A stretch of DNA of 64,000 nt. It comes from an uncultured Thermoleophilia bacterium. GTDB lineage: Bacteria; Actinomycetota; Thermoleophilia; UBA2241. The stretch lies in assembly GCA_963700035.1 (NCBI GenBank), contig CAVOWE010000021.1:47441-111440 (forward strand). Reading direction: 5' to 3'. The notes beneath the pieces were generated by a model that did not search any database, was not told the DNA's origin, and was given only the letters and a program-made list of their open reading frames with translations. Made by a program: the position numbers and the translations under genes. The first letter of the stretch is position 1, and every line of letters begins with the position of its first letter. This document shows positions 1 through 10,687 of the stretch, piece after piece.

Positions 1-2511
1 GCCAAGTCGGACATGATCCACGCCCAGCAGAAGGGGTACGAGCCGCCCGAGGTCCTGCGCGGCCTCTGCGACGCCGTCATGCGCAATTTCAAGGGCACCA
101 TCGCCAAGGGCAAGGTCGTGCAGCCGCCCATCGCCTTCATCGGCGGGGTCGCGGCCAACAAGGGCGCCGTGCAGTCTCTGCAGGAGGCCTTCGACCTGGA
201 CCAGGGCGATCTCTTCGTGCCCGAGTTCCACGCGTCTCTGGGCGCCGTCGGCGCCGCGCTCATGGAGGCCGACTACGAAGACGCCCGCGCCGGCCTGGGC
301 GATCTGGACGCCAGCCGGCTGCCGGCGGCCGATTTCCCCGTCACCGAGCCGCTCTGCATGGACAAGGTCGTCCTGCTCCGCGACATGGCGCAGCCGTTCG
401 ACTTCGGCGGTAACGGCGGCGTCGTCGACGCCTACATGGGCATCGACATCGGCTCGGTCTCCACGAACCTGGTGGTCGTCGACGACGAGGGCCGCGTCAT
501 CAAGGAGATCTACACCAAGACCGACGCGCGCCCCGTGGAAGTGGTCACCAAGGGTCTCACCGATATCCACGACGAGATCGGCGCGCGCATCAACCTCTTG
601 GGCGTCGGCACGACCGGTTCCGGCCGCGAGCTCATCGGCGAGCTCTGCGGCGCCGACATCATCACCGACGAGATCACCGCCCACAAGACCGGCGCCGACT
701 TCATCGGCCGCCAGATCGGCCGCCAGGTCGACACGATCTTCGAGATCGGCGGCCAGGACTCCAAGTTCATCAGCCTGCAGGACGGTATCGTCGTGGATTT
801 CGCCATGAACGAGGCCTGCGCCGCCGGCACCGGTTCGTTCCTCGAGGAACAGGCCGAGAAGCTCGGCATCAACATCATCGACGAGTTCGCGCGGCTCGCG
901 CTGAGCTCGCCGGCGCCGATCAGGCTGGGTGAGCGCTGCACCGTGTTCATGGAGCGCGACGTGATGGCCTATCAGCAGCGCGGCGCGCGCCGCGAGGACC
1001 TGGTGGGCGGTCTCGCCTTCTCGATCGCCACCAACTACCTGAACCGCCTGGTGCGCGAGCGCACCGTCGGCGACTGCATCTTCTTCCAGGGCGGCACGGC
1101 CTACAACGACTCCGTGGCCGCGGCCTTCAGCCAGATCCTCGGCAAGGAGATCATCGTGCCGCCGTACAACGGCGTGATCGGTGCGCTGGGCATGGCGCTC
1201 CTCGCCCGCGAGCGCACGCAACGCACGGGCTTGCCCAGCTCCTTCCGCGGCTGGGACCTCGGTGCGGTCGACTACACGGTCGTCGACTTCGTCTGCAAGG
1301 CGTGCTCCAACGAGTGCGACGTGCGCCAGTTCACGATCGAGGGTCAGAAGACCTACTGGGGCGACAAGTGCTCGGACCGCTACCGCAAACCGGCCAAGGT
1401 CGACAAGGAGCCGGTCATCGCCGACCTCGTCGCGTTCCGCGAGAAGCGCCTGCTGGCGCCGTACGAGGCCGCCAGAGAGCGTGTCGGCGAGTCGGCGCCC
1501 ACCGTCGGCCTCGCGCGCAGCATGTACACCTACGACCGGCTGCCGTTCTGGGCGACGTTCTTCGCCGAGCTCGGCATGCGCCCGGTGCTGTCCCCCGAGA
1601 GCGACAAGCAGATCCGCGAAGCGGGGGTCGACCTCACGGTGGCCGAGCCGTGCTTCCCCATCCGCGTCGCTCACGGACACGTACAGTGGCTCATGCGCGA
1701 GGGCGTCGACTGGGTCTTCCTGCCCAATCAGGTCAACGAGGAGACCGAGTTCACGGCCTACAACTCGCATGCCTGCCCCTGGGGCCAGACGCTGCCCTTC
1801 GTGGTGCGCACCGCCCCGGGGCTGGAGGAGCACCGCGACAAGATCCTGCTGCCCCGGGTGATGTTCCGCGACGGGCGCGAGGGCCTCGTGCGTGACATGG
1901 CCGCGATGGCCGCGCAGCTGGGCGTGGGCAAGGCGCGGCTGCGCGCAGCGCTCGACCGCGCCTACGTCGCCCAGGACGAGTTCCGCGAGGCGCTGCTCGG
2001 CGCCGGCCTGGAGGCGCTGGAAGCGCTCCAGAAGGCCGGCGAGCTCGGCATCGTCCTCATCGGCCGCCCGTACAACTTGTACGACAAGGGCATCAACATG
2101 GACATCCCGCGCAAACTGCGCAAGTTCTACGGGGTCAATGTGATCCCGATCGACTTCCTGCCCATCAAGGGCATCGACATCGATCCCGTGGTGCCCAACA
2201 TGTACTGGAACTACGGGCGCAAGATCCTGCAGGCCGCCACCTACGTGCGCGACCAGGAGCACCTGCACCTCATCTACATGACCAACTTCAAGTGCGGGCC
2301 GGACTCGTACATCAAGCACTACGTACGCGAGGCCTCGGGCAAACCGTTCCTCACGCTGCAGTTCGACGAGCACCAGAACGACGCCGGGGCCATGACCCGC
2401 TGCGAGGCCTACCTCGACAGCAAGGGGTTCCTGCGCTGGTGGTCGCAGGCCGGAGAAGAGCGTGAGCACGCCTGTGCCCCCGTGCAGGAGGTGGCCGGTG
2501 TCGTCGAGTAG
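1..2511 (+). CDS. CoA-substrate-specific enzyme activase (BcrA/BadF/HgdC-type ATPase) with fused C-terminal DUF2229-like domain; 5'-partial
   Basis: The frame is open from nt 1, with a stop at 2509-2511. It carries ASKHA/activase motifs GIDIGSVSTNLVVVD, FEIGGQDSKFI and ACAAGTGSFLEEQA. The long C-terminal half is typical of activase-related fusion proteins. Confidence 0.8.
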   Translation, partial: AKSDMIHAQQKGYEPPEVLRGLCDAVMRNFKGTIAKGKVVQPPIAFIGGVAANKGAVQSLQEAFDLDQGDLFVPEFHASLGAVGAALMEADYEDARAGLGDLDASRLPAADFPVTEPLCMDKVVLLRDMAQPFDFGGNGGVVDAYMGIDIGSVSTNLVVVDDEGRVIKEIYTKTDARPVEVVTKGLTDIHDEIGARINLLGVGTTGSGRELIGELCGADIITDEITAHKTGADFIGRQIGRQVDTIFEIGGQDSKFISLQDGIVVDFAMNEACAAGTGSFLEEQAEKLGINIIDEFARLALSSPAPIRLGERCTVFMERDVMAYQQRGARREDLVGGLAFSIATNYLNRLVRERTVGDCIFFQGGTAYNDSVAAAFSQILGKEIIVPPYNGVIGALGMALLARERTQRTGLPSSFRGWDLGAVDYTVVDFVCKACSNECDVRQFTIEGQKTYWGDKCSDRYRKPAKVDKEPVIADLVAFREKRLLAPYEAARERVGESAPTVGLARSMYTYDRLPFWATFFAELGMRPVLSPESDKQIREAGVDLTVAEPCFPIRVAHGHVQWLMREGVDWVFLPNQVNEETEFTAYNSHACPWGQTLPFVVRTAPGLEEHRDKILLPRVMFRDGREGLVRDMAAMAAQLGVGKARLRAALDRAYVAQDEFREALLGAGLEALEALQKAGELGIVLIGRPYNLYDKGINMDIPRKLRKFYGVNVIPIDFLPIKGIDIDPVVPNMYWNYGRKILQAATYVRDQEHLHLIYMTNFKCGPDSYIKHYVREASGKPFLTLQFDEHQNDAGAMTRCEAYLDSKGFLRWWSQAGEEREHACAPVQEVAGVVE

Positions 2512-3862
2512 CCAGCGAAGGTCCGCTATCGTGGGGGGCGGCGAAGCCGCACCGCACACTGATCTCGTCCAGGACGCGCAGATCCAGCGGGCCATCAAGG
2601 ACTTCGGCCTGGAGGGCCGCCGCCTGTACCTGCCGCAGATGCCCTACGGCGGCAGCTACCTGCTCGCGGCGGCCATCCGCTCCATCGGTTTCGACGCCTG
2701 GCCCACCAGCGACTCGGACGAGCGCACGCTCGACCTCGGCGGTCGGGTGACGTCCGGCGACGAGTGCTATCCGCAGAAGATCACCATCGGCGACTTCCTG
2801 CGCATCATCGAGGACGAAGGCCGCGACAACGTCGCCTTCCTCATGCCCACGGCCAACGGGCCCTGCCGCTTCGGCCAGTACCTGCATCTCATCAAGGCCA
2901 AGTTCGACGAGCTCGGGTACGGCGACGTGCCCATCGTGAGCATCACCTCGAGCGATGGGTACTCGTCCATCGGCAGCTACTCGAGCGACCTCATCCGCAC
3001 CGCCTGGCGCGCCGTCCTCGCGCAGGACATCCTCATGAAGCTCCTGCTCAAGACACGGCCGTACGAGAACGAGCCGGGCCGCGCAGACGCCGCCTACATG
3101 ACGAGCCTCGAAGAGATCGGCGCCGCCGTCAGCCTGAACGGCGTGTCCGACAAAGAGCGCATGGCGGCCCTCGTCCCGGCGACGGTGCGCGCCCGCGACC
3201 GCTTCCGCGCCGTGCCCGCGACGTACGACCGTTCGCGACCGCTCATCGGCGTGGTCGGCGAGATCTTCTGCCGCCAGAACACGTTCTCCAACTTCGACCT
3301 CATCCGCGTGGTCGAGGAGCAGGGCGGGGAGTGCTGGCTGGCGGATATCGGCGAGTGGGTGTGGTACACCGACGACGAGCAGCGCCGCCGTCTCATCGAC
3401 GAGGGGCGGCGCATCTCCAAGGACAACGCCTATCGCTTCCTCAAGGCCAAGGTCATGCGCCGCGACGAGCACGCGCTGTATGGCCCCCTCGCGGACGACT
3501 TCGTGGGTTACGAGGAGCCGGAGGACGTGCGCGACGTGCTCGAGATGAGCTTCCCCTACCTGCCGTACACCGGCGCGCTCGGCGAGATGGTGCTGAGCAG
3601 CGGCAAAGCGATCTACCTCTACGGCAAGGGCGCCGACGGCATCATCGACATCAGCCCGTTCACCTGCATGAACGGCATCGTCACCGAGGCTGTGTACCCG
3701 AGCCTGCAGAAGGACCTCGACAACATGCCGATCCGCACCTTCTACTTCGACGGCACCCAGGGCGACCTGGAGCGCGACGTCGGCATCTTCATCGAGCTGA
3801 CACGCACCTATCAGCGGCGCAAGAAGAAGCCGCGCCGCTTCCCGGAGTGCTTCTCGCTGTAG
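2498..3862 (+). CDS. Activase-associated protein (DUF2229 / 2-hydroxyacyl-CoA dehydratase-like partner)
   Basis: The tracked ORF is 2462-3862. The best start is GTG 2498, with AGGAGG 6 nt upstream, and it overlaps the upstream stop, suggesting coupling. Motifs PTANGPCRFGQY and SPFTCMNGIV are present. Confidence 0.6.
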   Translation: MSSSSQRRSAIVGGGEAAPHTDLVQDAQIQRAIKDFGLEGRRLYLPQMPYGGSYLLAAAIRSIGFDAWPTSDSDERTLDLGGRVTSGDECYPQKITIGDFLRIIEDEGRDNVAFLMPTANGPCRFGQYLHLIKAKFDELGYGDVPIVSITSSDGYSSIGSYSSDLIRTAWRAVLAQDILMKLLLKTRPYENEPGRADAAYMTSLEEIGAAVSLNGVSDKERMAALVPATVRARDRFRAVPATYDRSRPLIGVVGEIFCRQNTFSNFDLIRVVEEQGGECWLADIGEWVWYTDDEQRRRLIDEGRRISKDNAYRFLKAKVMRRDEHALYGPLADDFVGYEEPEDVRDVLEMSFPYLPYTGALGEMVLSSGKAIYLYGKGADGIIDISPFTCMNGIVTEAVYPSLQKDLDNMPIRTFYFDGTQGDLERDVGIFIELTRTYQRRKKKPRRFPECFSL

Positions 3863-3924
3863 CCAGCGGCGCGCTCTCGGGGTCCGCCGCGGCGCGCGGC
3901 GCCCCGACGGTCGCCTTCAGAACA

Positions 3925-3986
3925 GGAAAAGGCCTCCCGCTTGATTCCTTGGCATCTCGGGGCCGGGCCAAGGAGCGGGAGGCCTT
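3925..3986 (-). terminator. Intrinsic terminator for the micro-ORF transcript (also lies after the convergent + gene)
   Basis: A GC hairpin AAGGCCTCCCGCT...AGCGGGAGGCCTT (with inner CCTTGGC/GCCAAGG pairing) spans 3929-3986. On the - strand it is followed by TTTTCC. Confidence 0.6.
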
Positions 3987-4046
3987 GTGTCGCACCGGTG
4001 CGCGACCGGGGGAAGTCGCTCGCGGTTCGGAGGGTGCTCCGCGGTG

Positions 4047-4184
4047 CTAGAAGTTGCGGCCGCGCGTGACGGTCTCTTGCGTGTAGACGCGGATGTGTCC
4101 GCGGGCATCACCGGAGGGCGTGCCGACGACGTCGCCGGTGCCCTCGAAGAAGCGGCCGATCGAACGGAATACTCGATTCTGCAT
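4047..4184 (-). CDS. Micro-ORF 1, 45 aa, unknown family (MQNRVFRSIGRFFEGTGDVVGTPSGDARGHIRVYTQETVTRGRNF)
   Basis: ATG 4184 to TAG 4047. It is a paralogue of the adjacent micro-ORF, sharing the core RFFEGTxxVVxxPSGDxR with synonymous codon differences. It is below the ORF-track length cutoff. Confidence 0.6.
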   Translation of the reverse strand: MQNRVFRSIGRFFEGTGDVVGTPSGDARGHIRVYTQETVTRGRNF

Positions 4185-4204
4185 GGTGCCCACCGCCTCT
4201 CGGC

Positions 4205-4357
4205 TCAGCGTGCGTAGAATCGGGCGCTGCCGGTCAGGTCCTGATTCATGAAGTCATTGGTGCTCCGGCGCTCACGGGAATCACCGGAAGGGGGGAACAC
4301 CACGCTGGCGGTCCCCTCAAAGAAGCGCTTGATCGTGGGAAGAACTCTAACCGACAT
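4205..4357 (-). CDS. Micro-ORF 2, 50 aa, unknown family (MSVRVLPTIKRFFEGTASVVFPPSGDSRERRSTNDFMNQDLTGSARFYAR)
   Basis: ATG 4357 to TGA 4205. GAAGGAGG lies 6 nt upstream of the ATG, and a consensus-like promoter lies upstream. It is a paralogue of micro-ORF 1. Confidence 0.65.
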   Translation of the reverse strand: MSVRVLPTIKRFFEGTASVVFPPSGDSRERRSTNDFMNQDLTGSARFYAR

Positions 4358-4406
4358 GGCGACCCTCCTTCAAATAAAAACAATGATGTTGTGTAACGCT
4401 GCACAA

Positions 4407-4435
4407 ACTATATGCCCATCTTCAGATCGTGTCAA
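4407..4435 (-). promoter_or_regulatory. Sigma-70/SigA-type promoter of the micro-ORF operon
   Basis: TTGACA (4435-4430), a 17-nt spacer, then TATAGT (4412-4407). It sits in a locally AT-rich island and gives a roughly 40-nt leader to ATG 4357. Confidence 0.65.
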
Positions 4436-4527
4436 ACGGGCTGCCTGACCAAGGTCAAGGTGTCGAGAAGCGCTTCGCGGGTACGGTCGATGGGGACACA
4501 GAAGTGGAGCGGACCTCGGAGGCACGC

Positions 4528-4848
4528 ATGGAACCAGTACAGCCGATCGTCGCCGATCTCGAGGCGATGGCTCAGGTCGCCGATCAGGGCATCGTCAGCA
4601 AGTCGATCGTCGAGAACGATCATCACAAGATCATCCACTTCACCTTCGCGCCGGGACAGGAGCTGAGCGAGCACACCGCCAGCGTGCCCGCCGTCATCCA
4701 CATCCTGCGAGGGCACGGAGTCGTGGTGCTCGACGGCGTGGAGTACGAGGCCGGCCCCGGCAAGCTCTACTACATGCCGGCCGATCTCAAGCACGCCGTG
4801 CAGGCGCGCGAGGAGCTCGTCTTCCTCCTGACCATGTTCCGCACCTGA
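4528..4848 (+). CDS. Cupin domain protein
   Basis: The tracked ORF is 4429-4848. The likely start is ATG 4528, with GGAGG 5 nt upstream. It has a cupin-like segment EHTASVPAVIHILRGHGVVVLDG. Confidence 0.6.
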   Translation: MEPVQPIVADLEAMAQVADQGIVSKSIVENDHHKIIHFTFAPGQELSEHTASVPAVIHILRGHGVVVLDGVEYEAGPGKLYYMPADLKHAVQAREELVFLLTMFRT

Positions 4849-4857
4849 CGAAGCCGC

Positions 4858-5315
4858 TCAGCGCGCGCAGGGCAGGCGTACCTCGGTGACGAACCCGGTC
4901 GGGTCGCCGGCGCTCTCCCGGCGGTGAACGGCCCGCACGCCGTGTAGCCCAAGGCCGCGCGGGCCTCGTCCACGGCGCGCCAGGCGTTCTGCATGGCGTC
5001 GTGGGGACCGGTGTGCACCGTTCGCAGTGCCTGATGAAAGGGGATCCACCCGCCGCGGGCCTCGTTCGCGGCGTCGGGGGCAGAGCCGTCCTCGGCGGGC
5101 ACGACGGGGAGGCAGACGTCGTAGTCGAGGTCGGGGCGGGCCGCGTCTGCGTCGTAGAAGCGCGCCATCATCGGGCCCGCCGGGGTGAGGCCGGCCTCGC
5201 CGGTGAGCTCCCTCAGGCGGCGCATCCGTGCGCCGATCTCGCTGAGCGGCCCTCGCCGGCGCAAGCAGAGCACGGCTTGCTCGGGCACCGTGACGATATC
5301 GACGTCGTAGATCAC
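4858..5315 (-). pseudogene. GyrI-like (AraC effector-binding-type) small-molecule-binding protein, frame broken near 4920
   Basis: The start is GTG 5315, with GGAGG 4 nt upstream. The N-terminal 130 aa are in one frame. The family-typical C-terminus RESAGDPTGFVTEVRLPCAR continues in the frame of ORF 4858-5049. Confidence 0.6.
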
Positions 5316-5368
5316 GCGACCTCCCCGGCGACGCCGCCCGCGCCCAAGCTACCCACCGCCGCGCCTCC

Positions 5369-6238
5369 TCACGCCACCCGAACGCTGTCGCCGTCGCGGC
5401 GCACGAGACCGTCGCGCCTGAGCAGGTCGGCCAGCTCGGCCGCGGTAGCCGGAGTCACGTCGAGCGCGACGGCGAGCTGGTCGAGGCGCTGGGGCCCGCG
5501 CTCGAGCAGCGCCTGCAGCAGGCGCGAGCGATACCAGCGCCGCGACCCCACGAAGGTGCTCTGGCGGCTGCGCGGCGCGATGCCCGTGGCGCGCGCCGTG
5601 AGCACCAGGGCGCCGTAGTCCATGAGCGCGTTGTGCCAATCGCGGCTGCGACCGCGCGGCAGCGCGGCTTCCGCGACCTTCTGAAGCTCCCCGTCGGTGA
5701 GGTCGGCCGGAAGACCCAGCTCGTGCGTGAGCACGCGGCGCACGTTGGCGTCCACCGCCGCCACATCGTCGTTGTGGGCGAACGCCAGCACGGCGCGCGC
5801 CGTGTACGGGCCGATCCCCGGAAGCCGGCGCAGACCGTCGAAGGAGCGCGGCAGACCGGCGGGACTGCTGCCGGCAGCGGCGACCGCCGCGCAGTCGCGC
5901 AGGCGGCGGGCGCGGTTGTTGTAGCCGAGTCCCTTCCAGAGGCGCAGCACGTCGTCCAGAGGCGCCTCCGCCAGGTCTTCGAGGCGCGGGTAGGCCGCGA
6001 GGAACTCCGCGAACTTCGGGATCACGCGTGGCACCTGCGTCTGCTGCAGCATGGTCTCGCTGACCAGGATGGCATATGGGTCCGTGGTGCGCCGCCAGGG
6101 CAGGTCGCGGCCGTGGGCGGCGTACCAGCCGAGGATGCGCCCCTGCAGGTCGACGACGACGTCCGGGCGGAGCGGCGCGGGCTCTGGGCTACGCGGGTGG
6201 TGGGCCATCGTCGTCAGCGTAGCACGGCGGGTGCTCAC
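5369..6238 (-). CDS. HhH-GPD DNA glycosylase (MutY/Nth-like) lacking the 4-Cys cluster, with a C-terminal winged-helix-like tail
   Basis: It has WRRTTDPYAILVSETMLQQTQV, the HhH motif LPGIGPYTARAV and the catalytic-Asp context VDANVRRV. No Cys residues follow the HhH-GPD fold. An alternative start is ATG 6208. Confidence 0.7.
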   Translation of the reverse strand: MSTRRATLTTMAHHPRSPEPAPLRPDVVVDLQGRILGWYAAHGRDLPWRRTTDPYAILVSETMLQQTQVPRVIPKFAEFLAAYPRLEDLAEAPLDDVLRLWKGLGYNNRARRLRDCAAVAAAGSSPAGLPRSFDGLRRLPGIGPYTARAVLAFAHNDDVAAVDANVRRVLTHELGLPADLTDGELQKVAEAALPRGRSRDWHNALMDYGALVLTARATGIAPRSRQSTFVGSRRWYRSRLLQALLERGPQRLDQLAVALDVTPATAAELADLLRRDGLVRRDGDSVRVA

Positions 6239-6268
6239 GGCGGATCCCGGCGGCGCGGCCGGCGCGGC

Positions 6269-8212
<1,944 letters not shown>

Positions 8213-8344
8213 GAGCGGCTGCGTCCGCGCCTACGTGGGGGACGGGAGCGGCAGGATACCACCGCCGCCGCGCCGCGGCCAGCGAGGCCTGTGCCGGGTG
8301 TAGCTGCGCAGCTGGGCGACCATGGCCCGCGAAAGGAGAGGCGT

Positions 8345-9010
8345 CTGAGCCCGCACGACGACCGGCGCCTCGCCGAGGCGCAGGCCGCCGCCGACCACAG
8401 CGTCCAGACGGCGGCCGGCCTGTCTGTCGAGACTGTCGTGAGCGGGATCCCGGAAGGGCACCCACTGGACTCGTTGCGCCGCGAAGGGGTGCAGGTCGCG
8501 GTCCTGTGTGCGGGGCTGCGGGCGGAGCTCGAGCGCCTCGGTGGATCACCTTCCCGGCGCCGTTGGCGCGCGGGTCGCCCGCTCGTCGCGCGCCTCGCCG
8601 AACGGCTTTCCGGGGTGGAGTCGCGGATCCACCGCGAGCAGCAGGCATGTTCGCCGCCCTGGCCGTGCTCGGCGAGGAGGGACCTGCGGCGCTGAGGAGC
8701 GACCGCCAGTCGGAGGCGCTCGAGGCGCTGCGCCGCCCCGTCTTGCCGTCGCCTGTGACGATGCCGGGTCCGCCGTCGAGAAGGGTAGCGGCCGCTCGAC
8801 CTTCTCGACGACCTGGCGACGACAGAGCAACAGGTGCTGGACCCGATCGCCGCGCGTTCGCTGTCTCAGCGGGACTGGGCCGCCGTACGTGAGCTCGAGG
8901 ACGGGGTCGGGTGGTCGCTGATCGCTGCGCCGACCACCTTGGCCGGCGGCCTGACGGGGGCGTCGGGGGCTTCGTCGCCGCCTCATGCGGGCACAACCCG
9001 GGGGAGATGA
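8345..9010 (+). pseudogene. Possible degraded ORF of unknown function
   Basis: No single ORF spans this region. A sense-like, A/L/D/E-rich translation can nevertheless be followed on the + strand through at least 3 frames (AELERL..., MFAALAVLGEEGPAALRSDRQSEALEAL..., LLDDLATTEQQVLDPIAARSLSQRDWAAVRELEDGVGW...). It ends at TGA 9008-9010. Confidence 0.3.
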
Positions 9011-9055
9011 GTACCCCGGACCGTATCAGAGACGCTTCTCCTGAGTCGCGCGCAG

Positions 9056-9833
9056 ATGGCCGCCGAAGGGCGGCGCCTCGTCGACGCCGCGCGCGAGCGC
9101 GGCCTCACGCTGCGCCTCATCGGCGGCCTCGCCGTGCGCGATCACTGCGAGGAGCTGGTCTTCTGCGGCCGCGACCACTCGGATCTCGACATGGTGGGTC
9201 TGGCTCGGGAGGCTTCGGGGCTCGTGGGCCTCTTCGAGGAGCTGGGCTATCGCGAGCGCCTCCACGTGCGCGAGGCGACGATGCTCCGCCAGGCGCAGTT
9301 CGTGCGCCCTTGCGTTCACGAGAGCGCCGACGGCGCCTACGCCGTCCACTCCGAGGATCACGTGGACGTGTTTCTCGACGTGTTTCGCATGGACCACACG
9401 GTGGACTTCCGCGAGCGCCTGGCCATCGAGCAGTACACGGTGTCGGCCAGCGATCTGCTGCTCACCAAGCTCCAGGTGTTCGGCGCAGAGGAGCGCGACC
9501 TGCGCGACATCGTCACGCTCCTCAAGGACGACGAGCTGGCCGACGAGGACGCCCCCGGCACGGTCAACGTGGAGTACGTGGCCGAGCTCTGCGCGCGGGA
9601 CTGGGGGCTCTACTACGACGTCACGCGGAACCTGCGGCGCTGCGCGGAGTCGCTGGCAGGCTACGGGCTGGCGCGCCAGGCGGATGAAGATCACGTGCGG
9701 GCCGCGCTTGCACGGCTGACCGAGGCGATCGAGAACGGCGCCGAAGACGCGCACCTGGCGCTGGCGCGCCAAGGTCGGCACGCGGGCCCGCTGGCACGAA
9801 CTCGTCGAGGAACAGGACGGTGAATCGCCATGA
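9056..9833 (+). pseudogene. Nucleotidyltransferase-family protein (NTP_transf_5-like), frame broken near 9740
   Basis: The tracked ORF is 9056-9823. The family-like C-terminus PKTRTWRWRAKVGTRARWHELVEEQDGESP reads in another frame. It ends at TGA 9831-9833, which overlaps the next ATG as ATGA. Confidence 0.55.
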
Positions 9834-10681
9834 AGATAGCGCTGATCGGCACGGGGATGATGGGCGAGCGCATGGGCGGCCGGCTGCTGGACGCCGGCCA
9901 CGAGCTCGCCGTCTACAATCGCACGCGGACGCGGACCGCCGCTCTCGAGGCGCGCGGCGCGGCCGTCGCGGACACGCCGCGCGCCGCCGCCGAAGGCGCC
10001 GAGTATCTGGTCACGATGCTGGCCGACTCCGCCGCCGTGCGCGCCACCGCGGGGGGCGAGACCGGCTTTCTCGCCGCTCCGGGCGAGCGGCTCTGGGTCG
10101 ACATGTCGACGGTGTCGCCGGCGGAGTCGCGGGAGCTGGCCGGGGAGGCCCGCCGTCACGAGGTGCGTGTGCTCGACGCCCCGGTCTCGGGCAGTCTCGG
10201 CGCGGCCGCCAAAGGCATGCTGGTGATCTTCGTGGGCGGCTCCGCCGAGGATGTCGCGGCGGCGAGGCCGCTCTTCGACGTCCTCGGCCGCGCGACGCTG
10301 CACATGGGCCCGAGCGGCGCCGGCAGCGCCACCAAGCTGGCGGTGAACGCGTTTCTCCTCGCCACGATGGTGGCGGGCGCCGAAGCCGTGAAGCTCGGTG
10401 AGGCGGAGGGCGTCCAGAGGGCGAAGCTGCTCGACGCCCTCCGCCGCACCGAGATCCTGCCGGCCTGGGTGCTCGGCAAGCTCGACAGTGTGGGCGGGGG
10501 AGAGGTGCGCACCGCGTTCTCGCTGGCGCTGGCCGACAAAGACATGGGGCTGGTCGGCCAGACGGCGGCGGCGATGGACCTGGAACTGCCGCTGGCGACG
10601 ACCGTGGCGGGTATCTACGCGCGCGCCGTGGCGGCGGGGTTGGGCGAGCGCGACTTCTCGGCCGTGGACGCCGCCGGCTGA
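9830..10681 (+). CDS. NAD(P)-dependent oxidoreductase, 3-hydroxyisobutyrate/6-phosphogluconate dehydrogenase family
   Basis: An N-terminal Rossmann motif MKIALIGTGMMG is present, and the overall layout matches the family. Confidence 0.8.
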   Translation: MKIALIGTGMMGERMGGRLLDAGHELAVYNRTRTRTAALEARGAAVADTPRAAAEGAEYLVTMLADSAAVRATAGGETGFLAAPGERLWVDMSTVSPAESRELAGEARRHEVRVLDAPVSGSLGAAAKGMLVIFVGGSAEDVAAARPLFDVLGRATLHMGPSGAGSATKLAVNAFLLATMVAGAEAVKLGEAEGVQRAKLLDALRRTEILPAWVLGKLDSVGGGEVRTAFSLALADKDMGLVGQTAAAMDLELPLATTVAGIYARAVAAGLGERDFSAVDAAG

Positions 10682-10687
10682 CCTGGG

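Noticed and set aside
3987-4448. The + strand ORFs 3987-4217 and 4248-4448, opposite the micro-ORFs.
   Set aside because: The synonymous-substitution pattern between the two copies, the promoter, the RBS and the terminator all support the - strand micro-ORFs. The + strand ORFs lack start signals.
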